This document shows, piece after piece, positions 13,510 to 28,008 of a stretch of 64,000 nucleotides of DNA. The DNA is from the human T2T-CHM13v2.0 reference genome, Homo sapiens. The position numbers were made by a program, and so were the translations under genes. Where the stretch lies: assembly GCF_009914755.1 (NCBI RefSeq), contig NC_060927.1; one strand, written 5' to 3'. The notes under the pieces were generated by a model. That model was not told the DNA's origin. It worked only from the letters and a program-made list of their open reading frames with translations, and did not search any database. Numbering within the stretch: position 1 is the stretch's first letter; each line of letters starts with the position of its first letter.

Positions 13510-15779
13510 TGATATGGTTGGTCTGTGTCCCTACCCAAATCTCATAGTGAATTATAGCTCTCACAATTTCCATGTTTTGTGACAGGGACCCAGTAGGAGG
13601 TACTTGAATTATACAAGTGGGTCTTTCCTGTGCTGTTTTTCATGATAGTGAATAAATCTCATGAGATCTGATGGTTTTATAAGAGGGAGTTTCCCTGCAC
13701 AAGTTCTTTTTTCTTTCCTGCCTCCATGTGCGACATGCTTTTCACCTTTTGCCATGACTGTGAGGCTTCTCCAGCCATGTGTAACTGTGAGTCCATTAAA
13801 CCTTTTTCTTTTGTAAATTGCCCAGTCTCAGATATGTCTTTATCAGCAGCATGAAAACAGACTAATACTGTAAATGGGTACCAGTAGACTGGGGTGCTTC
13901 TAAAAAGATACCCCAAAATATGGAAACGACTTTGGAACTGGGTAACAGGCAGAGTTTGGAACAGTTTGGGGGGCTCAGAATAAGATAGTAAAATGTGGGA
14001 AAGTCTGGAACTTCTTAGAGACTTGTTGAATGGCTTTGAACAAAATGTTGATAATTATATGATGACTAAATCCAGGCTGAGGGTCTCAGATGGAGATAAG
14101 GAACTTGTTGGGAACTGGAGGAAAGTTGACTGTTGTTATGTTTTATCAAAGAGACTGGTGGCATTTTGCCCCACCCTAGAGATTTGTGGAACGTTGAACT
14201 TGAGAGAGATGATTTAGGATATCTGGTGGAAGAAACTTCTAAGCAGCGTGTATTCAGGAGGTGATTTGAGTGCTGTTAAAGGCATTCAGTTTTAAAAGAG
14301 AAACAGAACATAAAAGTTCAGACAATTTGCAGCCTACCCATGTGATAAAAAAGAAAATCCCATTTTCTGAGTAGAAATTCAAGCTGGCTGCATAAATATG
14401 CATAAGTAATGAGAAGCTGAATGGGCACAATGTCTCTAGGGCATATTAGAGACCTTTACAGCAGCCCCTACCATCACACGCCTAGAGGCCTAGGCAGAAA
14501 AAATGGTTTTATAGACTGGGCCCAGGGTCCTGTGCTGTGTGCAGCCTAGAGATTTGGTGCCCTGCGATCCAGTCACTCCAGCCATGACTGAAAGCAGCCA
14601 AGGTACAGCTCGAGTCGTGGCTTCAGAGGGTGCAAGCCCCAAGCCTTGGCAACTTGCATGTGTTGTTGGGCCTGCGGGTACATGGAAGTCAAGAATTGAG
14701 ATTTGGAACTTTCTCCTAGATTTTAGAGGAGGTATGGAAATTCTTGGATGGCCAGGCAGAAGTTTGCTGTGGGTGGGGCCCTTATGGAGAACTTCTGCTT
14801 AAACAGTGTGGAAGTGAAATGTGGGGTTGAAGGCCCCACAGAGAGTCCCTACTGGGGCACTGCCTAGTGGATCTGTGAGAAAAGGGCCATTCTCCTCCAG
14901 ACCCCAAAATGGTAGATCCACTGACAGCTTGCATTGTGTGCTTGGAAAAGCCATAGACACTCAATGCTAGCCTACAAAAGCAGCTGGTTGTGGGGCTATA
15001 CCCTGTGAAGCCACAGAGTCAGAACTGCCCAAGGCTGTGGGAGCTCACTTCTTATATCAGTGTGACCAGGATGTGAGACATGGAGTCACAGGAGATCATT
15101 TTGGAGCTTTAAGATTTGACTGCCCCACTGGATTTCAGACATGCATGGGGTCTGTAGCCCCTTTATTTTGGCCAATTTCTCCCATTTGGAACAGCTGTAT
15201 TTTCCTAATGCCTGTACTGTCAATGTATCTAGGAAGTAACTAACTTGCTTTTGATTTTACAGGCTCATAGGTGGAAGGGGCTTGCCTTGTCTCAGATAAA
15301 ATGTTGGATTGTGGACTTCTGAGTTAATGCTGAAATGATTAAGTCTTTGGATGACTGTTGGGAAGGCATAGTTTGTTTTGAAATGTGAGGACATGAGATT
15401 TGCCAGGGGCCAGGGCAAAATTATATGGCTTGACTCTGTTCCCGCCCAAACCTTATCTTGAATTGTAACTCCCATAATTCCCACGTGTTGTGGGAGGGAC
15501 TTGGTTGGAGGTAATTTAATTATGGGGGTGGATATTTCCCGTACTGTTCTCATGGTAATGAATAAGTCTCACGAGATCTGATGGTTTCATAAGGAGGAGT
15601 TTCTTTGCACAAGTTCTCTTCTCATGTCTGCTGCCATGCAAGACATGCCTTTCACCTTCTGCCATGATTGTGTGGCCTCCCCAGCCACGTGGAACTGTGA
15701 GTGCATTAAATCTCTTTCTTTTGTAAATTGCCTAGTCTCACGTGTGGCTTTGTCAGCAAAGTGAAAACAGAATAATACA
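13510..15779 (+). mobile_element. Complete THE1 (THE1B-like MaLR) provirus: LTR 13510-13869, internal 13870-15420, LTR 15421-15779
   Basis: TGATATGG...TAATACA-type LTRs; internal start gtaaatgggtaccag; purine-rich tract before the 3' LTR; 5-bp TSD ggaat/gggat. Confidence 0.95.
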
Positions 15780-16232
15780 GGGATATAAACCATTCTATTA
15801 AAAAGACACATGCATGTGCATGTTCATTGCAGCACTATTCACAATAACGAAGACATGGAATCAAACTAAATGGCCATTGATGTTAGACTAGATAAAGAAA
15901 ATGTGGTACATATACATCGTGGAATACTATGCAGCCATAAAAAACTAGATCATGTCTTTTGCAGGAACATGGACGGAGCTGAAGTCCATTAACCTTAGCA
16001 AACTAATGTAGGAACAGAAAACCAAATACTGCATAATCTCACTTATAAGTTTTAGCTAAATGATGAGAACACCTGGACACATAGAGGGAAACAACAAACA
16101 CTGGAACTTTGAAGGGTGGTGAGTGGGAGGAGGGAGTGGATCAGGAAAAACAACAAATGGGTACTAGGCTTAGTACCTGGGTGATAAAATAGTCTTCACA
16201 ACAAAGCCCCATGACACAAATTTGTTGATGTG

Positions 16233-16303
16233 TTAGGTTGGCACAGAAGTAATTGCAGTTAAAAATAATGGCAAAAACTGCAGTTACTTTTGCAACAACC
16301 TAA
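16233..16303. mobile_element. MADE1 (Hsmar1-derived MITE)
   Basis: TIRs ttaggttggcac...gcaacaacctaa; inserted in the L1 3'UTR. Confidence 0.85.
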
Positions 16304-16362
16304 TAACAAACCTGCACATGTACCTGTTAACTTAAAATAAAAGTTCAAAAAAATGTACTGTA

Positions 16363-16680
<318 letters not shown>

Positions 16681-18164
16681 TTAAAAATTTAAATTAGTGT
16701 GAAAAATCACTGATTTGGAATAACTAAAATAAATAGATGAAATTGTAGAATGAATGCTAGAAAATTAGCACTCAAAATTAACTAATGTCATTATCAGTTA
16801 GGCAATAACCATTACTCCTAAACCTGCCCTCTAAGACTTATAAAACGAATTGCTTCTGTATAATATTGAAGACTAGGCCTTATTCAACAACTTGGTAAGA
16901 TAATAAGAGCAAAACCCTTAGAAATCTGAATTATCATCTCAAATTATTGACTAAGTTACCTGATCATTCTACTAAGGTAGAAGTCAAAGAAGGTCTCAGA
17001 CACATTATAAACACTTTTTTAGAAAATATTACCTCTTGTCCTGTCCTTGTAATAGACTATTCTCTGGTAAGAAGGCTTACTGTGGAAGATTATAATTTGT
17101 ATAATTCCTATGGGCTATGAACAAAATAATCAATATTGTTTGCCAATGGTTTGAAACCTCAATATATACTATTTAGTGCCACTTGAAGCAAAAATTTTAC
17201 TCTGACAGTATGTTTTCATTTACTTAATGTTACAATTGATATGGATATCAAGTGTTATACAAATTCACATGGTAAAAACAAATACCCTTGAACATCAATG
17301 AGTCAACATTTTAATAGCCCCATCATATGTTTTTTCCTAAATTTTAAATTAGAAAGTAGCAAGTAATTAGTTTCCTTGTAGATACACATTGATTTGATAA
17401 GGGGACATTAGTTTTTTACTTCTCTGACATGAAGAAACTTGTCCAAGCTGAGTATAAAGAGAGGGCTATTCAAATCCATCCTTCAAAATAAAATTAAAAT
17501 CATTCTTAGGATCCACTGGCTAGTACAGACAATGGATTCCAATATATTCTGAAACTGAATTACTTTTATATAATTTAACTAGGCTTCATGTATTGAATAT
17601 GCTTCCTTATTATCTTGAAACTGAGTAGGCCTTTAATAAGGTTTCTCCATGAACCTCCTACGATGGGTAATTCTGATTACCAAAAAAACTTTTTTATTTA
17701 TATGTTTATGAAAGAGAAGTATTTTGGCATCATATTATACTATGCAAACCACACTGACTGATATTTTTATAAAGGGGTTACTTATAAAACATAAAGATGG
17801 GTTCATTGGGTTGTTCAAGGATGCTATTAGAAAGCCACGAGATTTTAGGTCAAATTAAGATGATGAAAACCTCTGCAATGTACCAACCTCTAAAATCCAG
17901 GAGATATAATGGGGTAAAAATAAGATGTTCAACTAGTAAAATCAGATAAATTGGCCACAATTTGTACAAAATGAAAGAAAATATGTCCAGTTTATATTTC
18001 CCTAGTAACTCATACTATCTAGGAAAATAAGTATTTTAGAAGATAGACTAGATATACAGAAAGATGACTCCAGGGTGTGGTTGAAAGGTTCTATGAGAAA
18101 GGCACAAAATTTGGGTCTAAAGTAAGTAACCCTCCAGAAACCTTCAGATTGACTATATAAACAG

Positions 18165-18531
18165 TGATATTTTTTCGCCATGTCCTCACTCAAATCTTAT
18201 CTGGAATTGAAATCTGAATTGTAATCCCCACCTGTGGAGGGAGGGACCAGGTGGGAGGTGATTGGGATCATGGGGGCAGCTTCCCCCATGCTATTATCAT
18301 GATAGTGAATGGGTTCTCATGAGCTCTGATGGTTTTATAAGTGGCAGGTTCCACACACCCCTACCTTACCTGCCTCCATGTAAGACATGGCTATTTTCCC
18401 TTGTGTCATAATTGTAATTTCCCGAGGCCTTCCCAGCCATGTGAAACTGTGAATCAATTAAACCTCTTTTCTTTATAAATTTATTTAGTCTCAGGCAGTT
18501 GTTTATAGCAGTGTCAAAATAGAGTAATACC
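18165..18531 (+). mobile_element. MaLR solo LTR (THE1D/MST-like)
   Basis: tgatat...taatac termini; exact 5-bp TSD aacag. Confidence 0.88.
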
Positions 18532-21500
18532 AACAGCTATATAATGAATTATGAAAATATTCTGGTCATAATCCTCTTAATCTCAGAAAAAAATTTTGTT
18601 GAAGAAGGTGTTAGATTTTGTGTCCTTCTTTGAAATGTATCCACTTATTTGCTAGCATTAGAAGTAGTCACTTTACTACAAGCATCATCCATGAATTCAT
18701 GAAGATGTGTTGCCATACAAAAATGCTGCTAATGCTATTCTAAATCTTCTGGGAAAGTGGACAAAAATTAAGGTTCTATTATAATAGGCTAAATTTTAGA
18801 ATTCCTTGTACTACCTTCATCAAATATTTTCTCTTAGCTCTCATGACTTTTCATTCTTCCACATGTGGAGTTCGCAGACTTTCCTTTCTTTGAAGTGATG
18901 GTGGCTGTTCCATTCATCTGGAAAAAATAAACCAATCTTACAATCTGTTATAAGCAAATATGGCTTATTATTGTAAGAGACTGAAGCATACACTTAGTAT
19001 CATTATTAATGTGTGCATTTGGATTTTCTATAACGTCTTCCCAAGTCACTACTTAATGAACTAAATTCTGAACAACTGGTCTTCTGGCTTTCTGGAAGAA
19101 CAAAGGAAATGGGCTCTTGAATCATGAGGGAAAAGCCCTATTGTGCCTATTGACTATGGTCAAACTATGTGGCATATCATTAAATTTACATATTAGCTCC
19201 TCAAAGAAGAATATAATACTTACATACCTAAATATATCTCGGAATTATTAACATGATGAAAATTATTATGGGAAACATAGATATTTCAGTGGTCTCCTTA
19301 TATGTGGTTCTTAATGTGTCATATTGGGTTTGGGTTCTTTTCTCTTGACATAATCCAGGAATGCTTGGCTCCTTGTTTAGCAGTGAATGACAAAACTCTG
19401 GAGGCAATCCTCTTTTTAGTGTGCTCTAAGGTATGCTCTCTAGAGTTTTAAATCTTGCTGTGCAACTGGTCTTTGACTAAATTCCCTAAAGTTGTTGAAA
19501 TGCAAATAATTATCAATGTAATCAATGACAAGTAAAACAATTAATCAAATAAAATAATGGTTGATTATTTGCCCCCCTCTAATAAAAAATAACCAAAAGG
19601 GGAATCTGAAAATTTAGAACTGAACTCAGTAAAATAGCTTCCAGACATTTAAAATGTTTTTTCATGTTATACAGTCCCTACAAATTAATTCTAACCAGAT
19701 AATTTTATTTTTAAACATTTTCATGTTATTTATTTGTAATTTTTAATGTCCCATTAATATTGTTTTGCTTATAATTTATAAGCTAAACAGCAGAATGTAT
19801 AACATAATTAATGACCCATCTGTGTTTAAAGTTTTTGATTATACTTTTAAAGCTTTATTGCTGAGTAACCTCTTTTAATATGAATAATATCGGTTTTCTG
19901 ACTTTTTCTCTCAATTCCAGTTTTCCATAAATAAACTTAAAATATAAAAAATTACCTTGTTTTGGTTTCTCATCTGTGTTTTAAAATTAAATGTACTTTA
20001 TCTAGGTAGTATCCCTTAAAAAAAAACAGTGCTTCCTCTCAATTTGAAACATTTAATCTAAAGTGAGAAATTCCAAATTTCTTTTCCCCTCTGTCCTTTT
20101 CCCTGGGTTGGCATTAGACATTCAGATACATGTGTCTGGTCTTTGGGCAACATCTTTCCAAAGTTACATCACCTGAAATAAATAAATTAAAAAAATAATT
20201 AAACTGTATGTAATTCTCATCTCTCCTTACCTTACTATACAATTAATACTGAAACGTCTTCATCCTCATCTTATCAACCATTTTCACTTTCATTCTGCAT
20301 CTCTTGGAGCCTACTCTTGCACAATCACAGTGCAACTCAAATATGCCAGCTACTTTGCCCATTTATTTCTGTATGTTACCCTTAGTAACATTTGAAAATA
20401 TGATCACTCACTCTTCTTCTCAGAGGAATACCAGAAACTCGATAGTGCTTATTTAAAGTCATACATTGCCACTCTGACACACTGGTCTGCCACACAGCCA
20501 TGTCTACTTTATTGATTTCATCCCATTGTAATATGCGGAAAGCCTGAGAGACTACCACTCTCCAGAATTCCAGAAAGGAAACAGGATATAGGTCTTTTCT
20601 TTCCTTAATTCCCCGAATTTCCTGGAGGTCTGGTTATCTAGGAAGTGGATTTAATCTCGGGGTTGGGGCAGAAATTGCATGCCTGTTGACAGTGATTCGT
20701 AACAGCATCTTTTCCCCTTTTTCTTCCAACTTTTTCAGGTTGCAAAGCTTGGAGGCTTTTTATACAGCTGTGTGTATATGTTTGTGGGTTTTGTTTGTTC
20801 ATCCTTCTGTGTGCATATGCTTATGTGTGTGTATAGTGGGGGTGGTAATAGAGAATGGGAAGCTAAACTGGTTTTTCCAGATTCTGCTTCCATTTATATT
20901 TATAGCTTATATTATTCCTGGGTGACAACCAGGTTTGTTAATTTATTTACTTTAAAAGGAAAACAAGAATTAACATTTAATTTTATGTTTTCACCTGGCA
21001 GTTAGACCCTGACATATTTCAATGAATGACACATATCCATATATCTCTTCACCCAGTGTAGAGAATAAACTTAGCCAATGTTTTGAAGAAACTATTATCC
21101 CCTTAACATACACCTAGAATAAATATTGTTATTGTCTACACCTATATCTACAGAGCAGTGTGAACGCCTTAATCGTGCTGTACTTTCTGAGATGCAAAGC
21201 ATGACCTGTGCATAACTTTTTGCCTATCCTCTTTTGTATCTGTGTGTTTTAGCACCCTAATATATGTATAGCAATTAGTCTATATGTACATATTTGAGTA
21301 TTGTGTGTGGAACTATTTTGTGGTTGCCTTAAGACATGCGCATACATATGCACATGCATGGATTAGAGCAATGATACTCAAATCATTTGTATAAATGGCA
21401 TCCTATGAAATATTAACATCATTGTATTAATGTAGTATTATTGAGCAAATTTATTTACAAAAAGACAAAAATTATTATAATTAAATATCTCAGCAATATC

Positions 21501-21539
21501 TTTCAGCTTCTATAAATATATCTACAGGTTTTTCACTGT

Positions 21540-22930
21540 TTTATTTTTTTTAATGGGCAAATAGAAGTTATATATGTTTACGTGTATAATATAATGTTTT
21601 GATATACATCTACATTGAGAAATGGTTTAAATCAAGCTAACACATTGATCACCTCATGTAGTTATTTTTCGTGGTGAGGACATTTAAAATTTCCAAGTGT
21701 ACATTAACTATAGTCACCACTCAGTAAAATAGATCTCCAGAGCTTATTCCTCCTGGGTAACTGAAACTTTATCTTTTGACTGTCATCTCTAAACCCCTCT
21801 CTTCTCCAACTCCTGGTAACCGCTTCTGTGAATTAAACTGTTTTAGATTCCACATAGGAGCGAAATCAAGGAATACTTGTCTTTTTGTGCCAGGATTATT
21901 TCATTTAACACAGTGTCCTTCAGTTTCGTCCATGCTATCACAAATGACAAAATTTCCTTCCTTTTAAAAGCCAAATAGTATTCTTTTGTATATAAATGAC
22001 ACATTTCAAAAATCCATTAATCAGTTGATGAACATTTAGATTGATTCCATATCCTGGTTATTGTGAATAATGCTGCAACGAATATTTGAACATAAGAATA
22101 CAGATCTCTTTTTGACCTAATGATTTTTTTTTAGAGACAGAGTCTCACTCTGTTGCCCAGGTTGGGGTGCAGTAGTACGAACATAGCTCCCTGCAGCCTC
22201 AAATTCCTGGGCTTAGGGGATGCTTGAGCCTCAGCCTTCCCAGTAGCTAACACTACAGGCTCATGCCACCCTACCTGGCTATTATTGAATTTTTATTTTT
22301 CTAGAGACAAAATCTTGCTATGCTTACCAGGCTGGTCTCAAACTCCTGGTGTCAAGCAATTCTTCCACCTCATCCACTCAAAGTTCTGGACTTATGGGTG
22401 TCAGCTACCATACTCAGCTAACATACAGATTTTATTTCCTTTGGATATATACACAGAAGGGTGATTGCTGGGTTAATATGGTAGTTCTAATTTTAATTTT
22501 GTGAGGAACTTCCATACTGCTCTTCATCAGGGCTGAAATAATTTGCATTCTCACAAACAGTGTGCATAGGTTTTCTCTTCTCCACGTGCTTGTAAACACT
22601 TATTATCTTTTGTCTTTTTGATAGTAGCCATTATAACAAGTGTGAGTGATACCTTATTGTGGTTTTAATGTGTATTTCCTTGATAATTAGTGATATTGAG
22701 CATTTTAAAATATACTTGTTGACAATTGGTATGTTTTATTTTGAAAAATGTCTATTTGAGTCCCTTATCCATTTTTTTAAAAATCAGGTTGTTTTCTTGC
22801 TATCAGATTGTCTTGGTTCCTTATACATTTTGGATATTAACTCCTTATAAGTAGTATCATTTGAAAATATTTTCTCCCATCTTATAGGCTGCCTCTTCAC
22901 TCCGTTGACTGTTTCCTTTGCTGTACAGAG
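21540..22930 (-). mobile_element. L1MA/MB 3' fragment interrupted by an Alu
   Basis: Antisense L1M 3'UTR and ORF2 tail motifs (attgctgggt...atatggtagttcta; ggatattaactcctta). Confidence 0.8.
22124..22419 (-). mobile_element. AluJ
   Basis: Diverged Alu dimer with catagctc...gcagcctcaaattcctgggct. Confidence 0.88.
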
Positions 22931-23730
22931 ATATTACACTCCTTATTCAGTCACTTTAGCATTGAGTTACTGCTTGAATTTTTACTAACCTGATTACACA
23001 CTCTATATGTGCACATGAGGCAATGTTCTTGCTTCTATTACTAAAAATGCACTATTTGTTTGGACCCAAATTGAGGTGATTGTGCATGACTAGATTCACA
23101 CCTGAAATAATATTAAAGTATCTCTACAAATACATTTTTTGTCTTCCTCAGTTTAAACTCTAGTTTGTCAAAACCTGTAGATCAGTTGGAAAAGGTTTTG
23201 AAACAGCAGTGAACTTCAGCATACAAATTGAGAACATTTACAGTATGCAAAAACGTATTAATTTTCTATTTCACCTACAGCAGTAAGATATCACAGTCTT
23301 ACAAGTAAAAAAATGAGTAAACGGACCTAGATAATTGTCAGAGCTTTTTGGTTTTTCTTTTTCTTTCTTGTCTGTGAAGAACATTATCGAAAAAATTCTC
23401 TACTATCACTTGTCACATTTACTATACCAACAAAAGTAAAGGTATAGTCTGATAATAAGACAGTTCTATAAACTAAATATATAGCTTTAAAAATAGTGCT
23501 ATAAAAATGTATTACTTATTACTTTTATGTTTTTTTCCTCATTTGCAGAGAGGACTAGTAAAAGATTATCTGTAAAACATTAGTTGGTTGTTAAATCTTT
23601 GACCACACAAATAGGACACCTGATTTTAGAATCTTTTAGTAGAAAGAGAGGAAGAAGTATAAGCTTAAAACTCTGCAGGCATGAGTAATAATATAAAGGC
23701 CAGTGTAAATGGACCAATAGTATTTTAGTA

Positions 23731-23811
23731 TGAGGTTGGTGCAACAGTGATTGCATTTTTTTGCCCTTGAAAGTAACGGCAAAAGCTGCGATGACTTTTG
23801 CACCAACCTAG
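23731..23811. mobile_element. MADE1 MITE
   Basis: aggttggtgcaa...ttgcaccaacct TIRs flanked by TA. Confidence 0.88.
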
Positions 23812-24601
23812 TAATTCTTGATTGGATTATATGAAAATCTACGAATGAGTTTTACCAATTACCCTGCACTGCATTACATAGAACAATTATACTAATATGC
23901 CACTCTTCATTCTAAAGCCTTACTTAAATTAGAAAGCAGTGCCTCCTCGGCATGTAAGTGATCCATGAAAGTTTAATATATGTACGGCAGCAATAAGAAA
24001 GACGCGACAGTAGAAATCCTATAAAGGCTATTAAAAAGGGAGGAGAAGCAAAACAAATGGGCTTTCAAGACTTATAATCCACATCATACTCATTTATCTT
24101 TTTGTTATGTTCAACAAGTCAATCCAGATCTAACATACACATTGATAAAAATTAGATTTATAAAGAATTAAAAATGCTATTTAGATCTGTGGGTGCTGTT
24201 ATGTCTTATTCCTTTTTGTTTTAACTAATGAAGATAGAGCCCTCATTAGAATGGATTAGTAAGCTTGCATTCACGGTCTGTTCATGTAAGAGATAATTCA
24301 GCCCTGGTTCTTTAACAGACGGAGCTGTACTAGGGTGCTGCTATTTACATTTATGAACGAAGGTTCATGAACAATGGTATTTCTCTTGTTCTTTTCAAAC
24401 AGCTCCCTAGTGATGCGATGGTGACACATTACAATCTGAAAGGATACTCTTTGAGTTTGGAGAATAGTTACCAAGCTAATGTTAACAGCACGGCTCAGCA
24501 TCACAGGTAATATTTTGGGGTGGTTTAAGTTGCAAATTTTTTAAAATCGAATATAAAACTGAAAACTAAGCACAAAAATGCTACAAAGAAATTACCAACA
24601 A

Positions 24602-24795
24602 AAGTAATAACAAACACTTTCAGAGCATTTAGTGTACATCACTGTTCTAGGTAGTTTACGTCAAATTTCTTTCTCTAATATATTTTGGCTTAAGTTATGT
24701 TATTACCCAATTTTACAAAGACACCCTGGTAGAAAGTGGCAGTGTCAGGACTTGAACTTAAATAGGTTGATGCCAAAGATTGTGCTCTGAATTAA
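24602..24795 (-). mobile_element. MIR fragment
   Basis: ttattacccaattttaca...aagtggcag...ggacttgaac resembles antisense MIR. Confidence 0.55.
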
Positions 24796-26188
24796 AACAT
24801 TAAATTGCTTCTTTTCTGTCATGTTTCTAGGATTCTATTCAGAATATCAAAATAGTTAAAATGCCCAACTTTAGTTATGTACAGTAAATGCAAATTTCTG
24901 TTCTTTTAAAACTATGTGAAAAAAGAAACATATGTATATTAATTGTTAGGCCAGCATGTCTTATGTAGCTTTGAAAACTGAAGTAATTTAAAATAATAGC
25001 TTTTCTAGCCATATATTTTTCATATTGACTTGTTTTTAACAGTGTATTCTTAAAGGATATCCTTAGGGATATTTCTTTAGATAATATTTGCCAAAAATTG
25101 TAATTTATTCCAATACAAGTAAATACAATTCCCCCCCATAGGTGCCTTTATCACTAATGTGTATATTGTGTGTGATCTATAATTTTAATGTATTCTTTGA
25201 AGCAGTAATCTATTTAGTGTATTCTATGTGTACAACTCAAATTCTGAGTGCACTAGGTGTTCAAATTGGCGTGAGTAGTGAAGGATAATTGTCAGCACGA
25301 ACGTTTCATAGGTAAAAATGTAATTTATTTTGTAAAGCTGCTTGATTACATGTATACCTGGAAAGGGAGATAGTTGCTTACTTCTAAAGATTTAAGGACA
25401 TGGAGCCATAAAGTTTGCAATATTTATTCATATTATTAAATCATTATTGTGTCAAAAGTCTAAGTATACATTTTGATGTGTTTTTGAATGTGTATCTGTT
25501 TTAGAATCATTTAATATGGCAGAAGACTAGCATATTGCTAAATTCAAAACCATTATCCTATAACCAGAAAAATATAGTGTCCTTCTCAATAATCTCTATC
25601 CATAATAGTACACTTCTTTAACTCACTCTTATCATTGGTCTTACATTTATTCATCTCTATTTTCACCTAACCACACATTTAGCTAGAACAGCTTGGTAAC
25701 CAGCAAGATCATATCCTCTAGGAATTTTGGTCAAAAGAGAACAGAAGAGGGATAAGAAGAGTAATCTCTAGAATTTATTTCTAGCCATGAATCTTCTTCT
25801 CCCCTTTTTTGAATCAGCTTGATACTACTTCAATTACAATTTTCTCTTTCTTCTTTGTCTTTATAAAAAGCTGTTCTCTGTTGTAAAGACCTTTGCTTAC
25901 CAAACCATGAGACTGTAAACAAAGCTCTTAACAGACTGCACCTATTTCCATAAAATAATGGCCAAGAGGAATTGAAAACCAAAAGCTACTGGGTGTTAAT
26001 TCGTGAAAGAGAAGATATTGAGCTTCATAAAATGCCAACCCCGCATATAATTTATGTTAAACATAAATACTTGGATTTTAGGTTAATATTTTTTGGTGAG
26101 ACAAGACATGTCATATCAGGGACTGGGAAGCCCCAGAAAGATAAATAATTAGTTACAGTGTCTTTGTTTTAAGAACTGGAATTTGTCA

Positions 26189-27022
26189 GTGATGGTGAGC
26201 ATTTTTTCATGTGTTTTTTGGCTGCATAAATGTCTTCTTTTGAGAAGTGTCTGTTCATGTCCTTCGCCCACTGAGAAATGCAAATCAAAACCACAATGAG
26301 ATACCATCTCACACCAGTTAGAATGGCATTCATTAAAAAGTCAGGAAACAACAAGTGCTGGAGAGGATGTGGAGAAATAGGAACACTTTGACACTGTTGG
26401 TGGGACTGTCAACTAGTTCAACCATTGTGGAAGTCAGTGTGGCGATTCCCCAGGGATCTAGAACTAGAAATACCATTTGACCCAGCCATCCCATTACTGG
26501 GTATGTACCCAAAGGACTATAAATCATGCTGCTATAAAGACACATGCACACATATGTTTATTGTGGCACTATTCACAATAGCAAAGACTTGGAACCAAGC
26601 CAAATGTCCAACAATGATAGACTGGATTAAGAAAATGTGGCACATATACACCATGGAAAACTATGCAGCCATAAAAAATGATGAGTTCATGTCCTTTGTA
26701 GGGACATGGATGAAATTGGAAATCATCATTCTCAGTAATCTATCACAAGGACAAAAAACCAAACACTGCATGTTCTCACTCATAGATGGAATTGAACAAT
26801 GAGAACACATGGACACAGGAAGGGGAACATCACACTCTGGGGACTGTTGTGGGGTGCGGGGAGGGGGAAGGGATAGCATTAGGAGATATACGTAATGCTA
26901 AATGACGAGTTAATGGGTGCAGCACACCAGCATGGCACATGTATACATATGTAACTAACCTGCACATTGTGCACATGTACCCTAAAACTTAAAGTATAAT
27001 AATAATAAAATTAAAAAAAAAA
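26189..27022 (+). mobile_element. Young L1PA (~PA3/4) 3' insertion with 5' inversion (26189-26272 antisense)
   Basis: 18-bp TSD aagaactggaatttgtca at 26171-26188 and 27021-27038; ORF2 C-terminus 26425-26802; poly(A). Confidence 0.95.
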
Positions 27023-27969
27023 GAACTGGAATTTGTCAAGAAGAATTTTCCTACTGTATCATCAAACTTACTATGTGTTGATATTGGCACTCTTGCTAAC
27101 AAAAAGTTCTGTAGTATCTTAGAAGTTATAAAGAACTTGAAAATTGCAAAGTGCAAAATACTAGTTTTCAATTTTGACCTGTATTTGAAATATTTATTGT
27201 AACTTTTTTGAATTATTGAAAAAATTATTGAAAAAAATTCCTAATGAAATTTTTTGAAAAACCCTGATACATTTCTCTGCATTCGTAGAATGAGAAAATT
27301 AACAAAGCACTAAAAGATAATTCAAGCAGCAATATGTAAAGTAAGTTCATAAGTAGGCCAACTCTGAGTACATGCTCAGTATTACACACAAGATAAAGGA
27401 CAATGTTTTGTTTTCACCTAAAGGCATTCTCATACAGTGACTTCGAATTAATCGTTATGTCCACTGAAAATCCTTTTCACTATATACATACAGCTAATTT
27501 TTGGAGAATTCCCATGGACATATAAAGTATTTTAAGCTACCACAAAGAGAATAGGTTCAGTTATATGAACTTCTGAAGAAGTTTCAGGCATTGAGACAGA
27601 GGAAATTTATCCAAAACACCCTGCTTAACACATGTGATTAGCTGTGAAGTTATTTTTATTTCAATTTGAAAGCTGTTTATAACAATGCTTTTCTTTAAAA
27701 TCTAATGACTCCCCTGGAGATCCCTTATGGTCTTTGGCCAACAGACTAGTTTATTAGAGATAAACTCATATCTTTACACAAAGTTGATTCAAACAATAGG
27801 ATCATTGTGAAATGAAGCCAATGATAGGTGTTAAAGGAGACCTAAGATTTAGAAGAGAAAAACATACTGTCTTAATAAAAAATGTAAAATCAATACAGGC
27901 ATATTTTGCCAAATACATAGTTTTGTCCAAACATCACTGTAATCAACAATGAAAACATAAAGTTGGAAC

Positions 27970-27970
<1 letters not shown>

Positions 27971-28006
<36 letters not shown>
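27971..28006. repeat. (TG)18 microsatellite
   Basis: Direct reading. Confidence 0.97.

Positions 28007-28008
<2 letters not shown>

Larger units (their letters stand above)
13296..16353 (+). mobile_element. L1 3' end (older L1PA, ~L1PA13-16), split by THE1 and MADE1 insertions
   Basis: ORF2 C-terminal HCRWECTLVQPLWKTVW; 3'UTR gggtactaggcttagtacctgggtgat; sequence is continuous across the THE1. Confidence 0.85.

Noticed and set aside
13993-15243. THE1 internal ORFs as a retroviral gene
   Set aside because: Short, broken frames of the non-autonomous MaLR internal region
25050-25080. Short palindrome aaggatatcctt with adjacent partial mirror
   Set aside because: Expected by chance in 64 kb of AT-rich DNA
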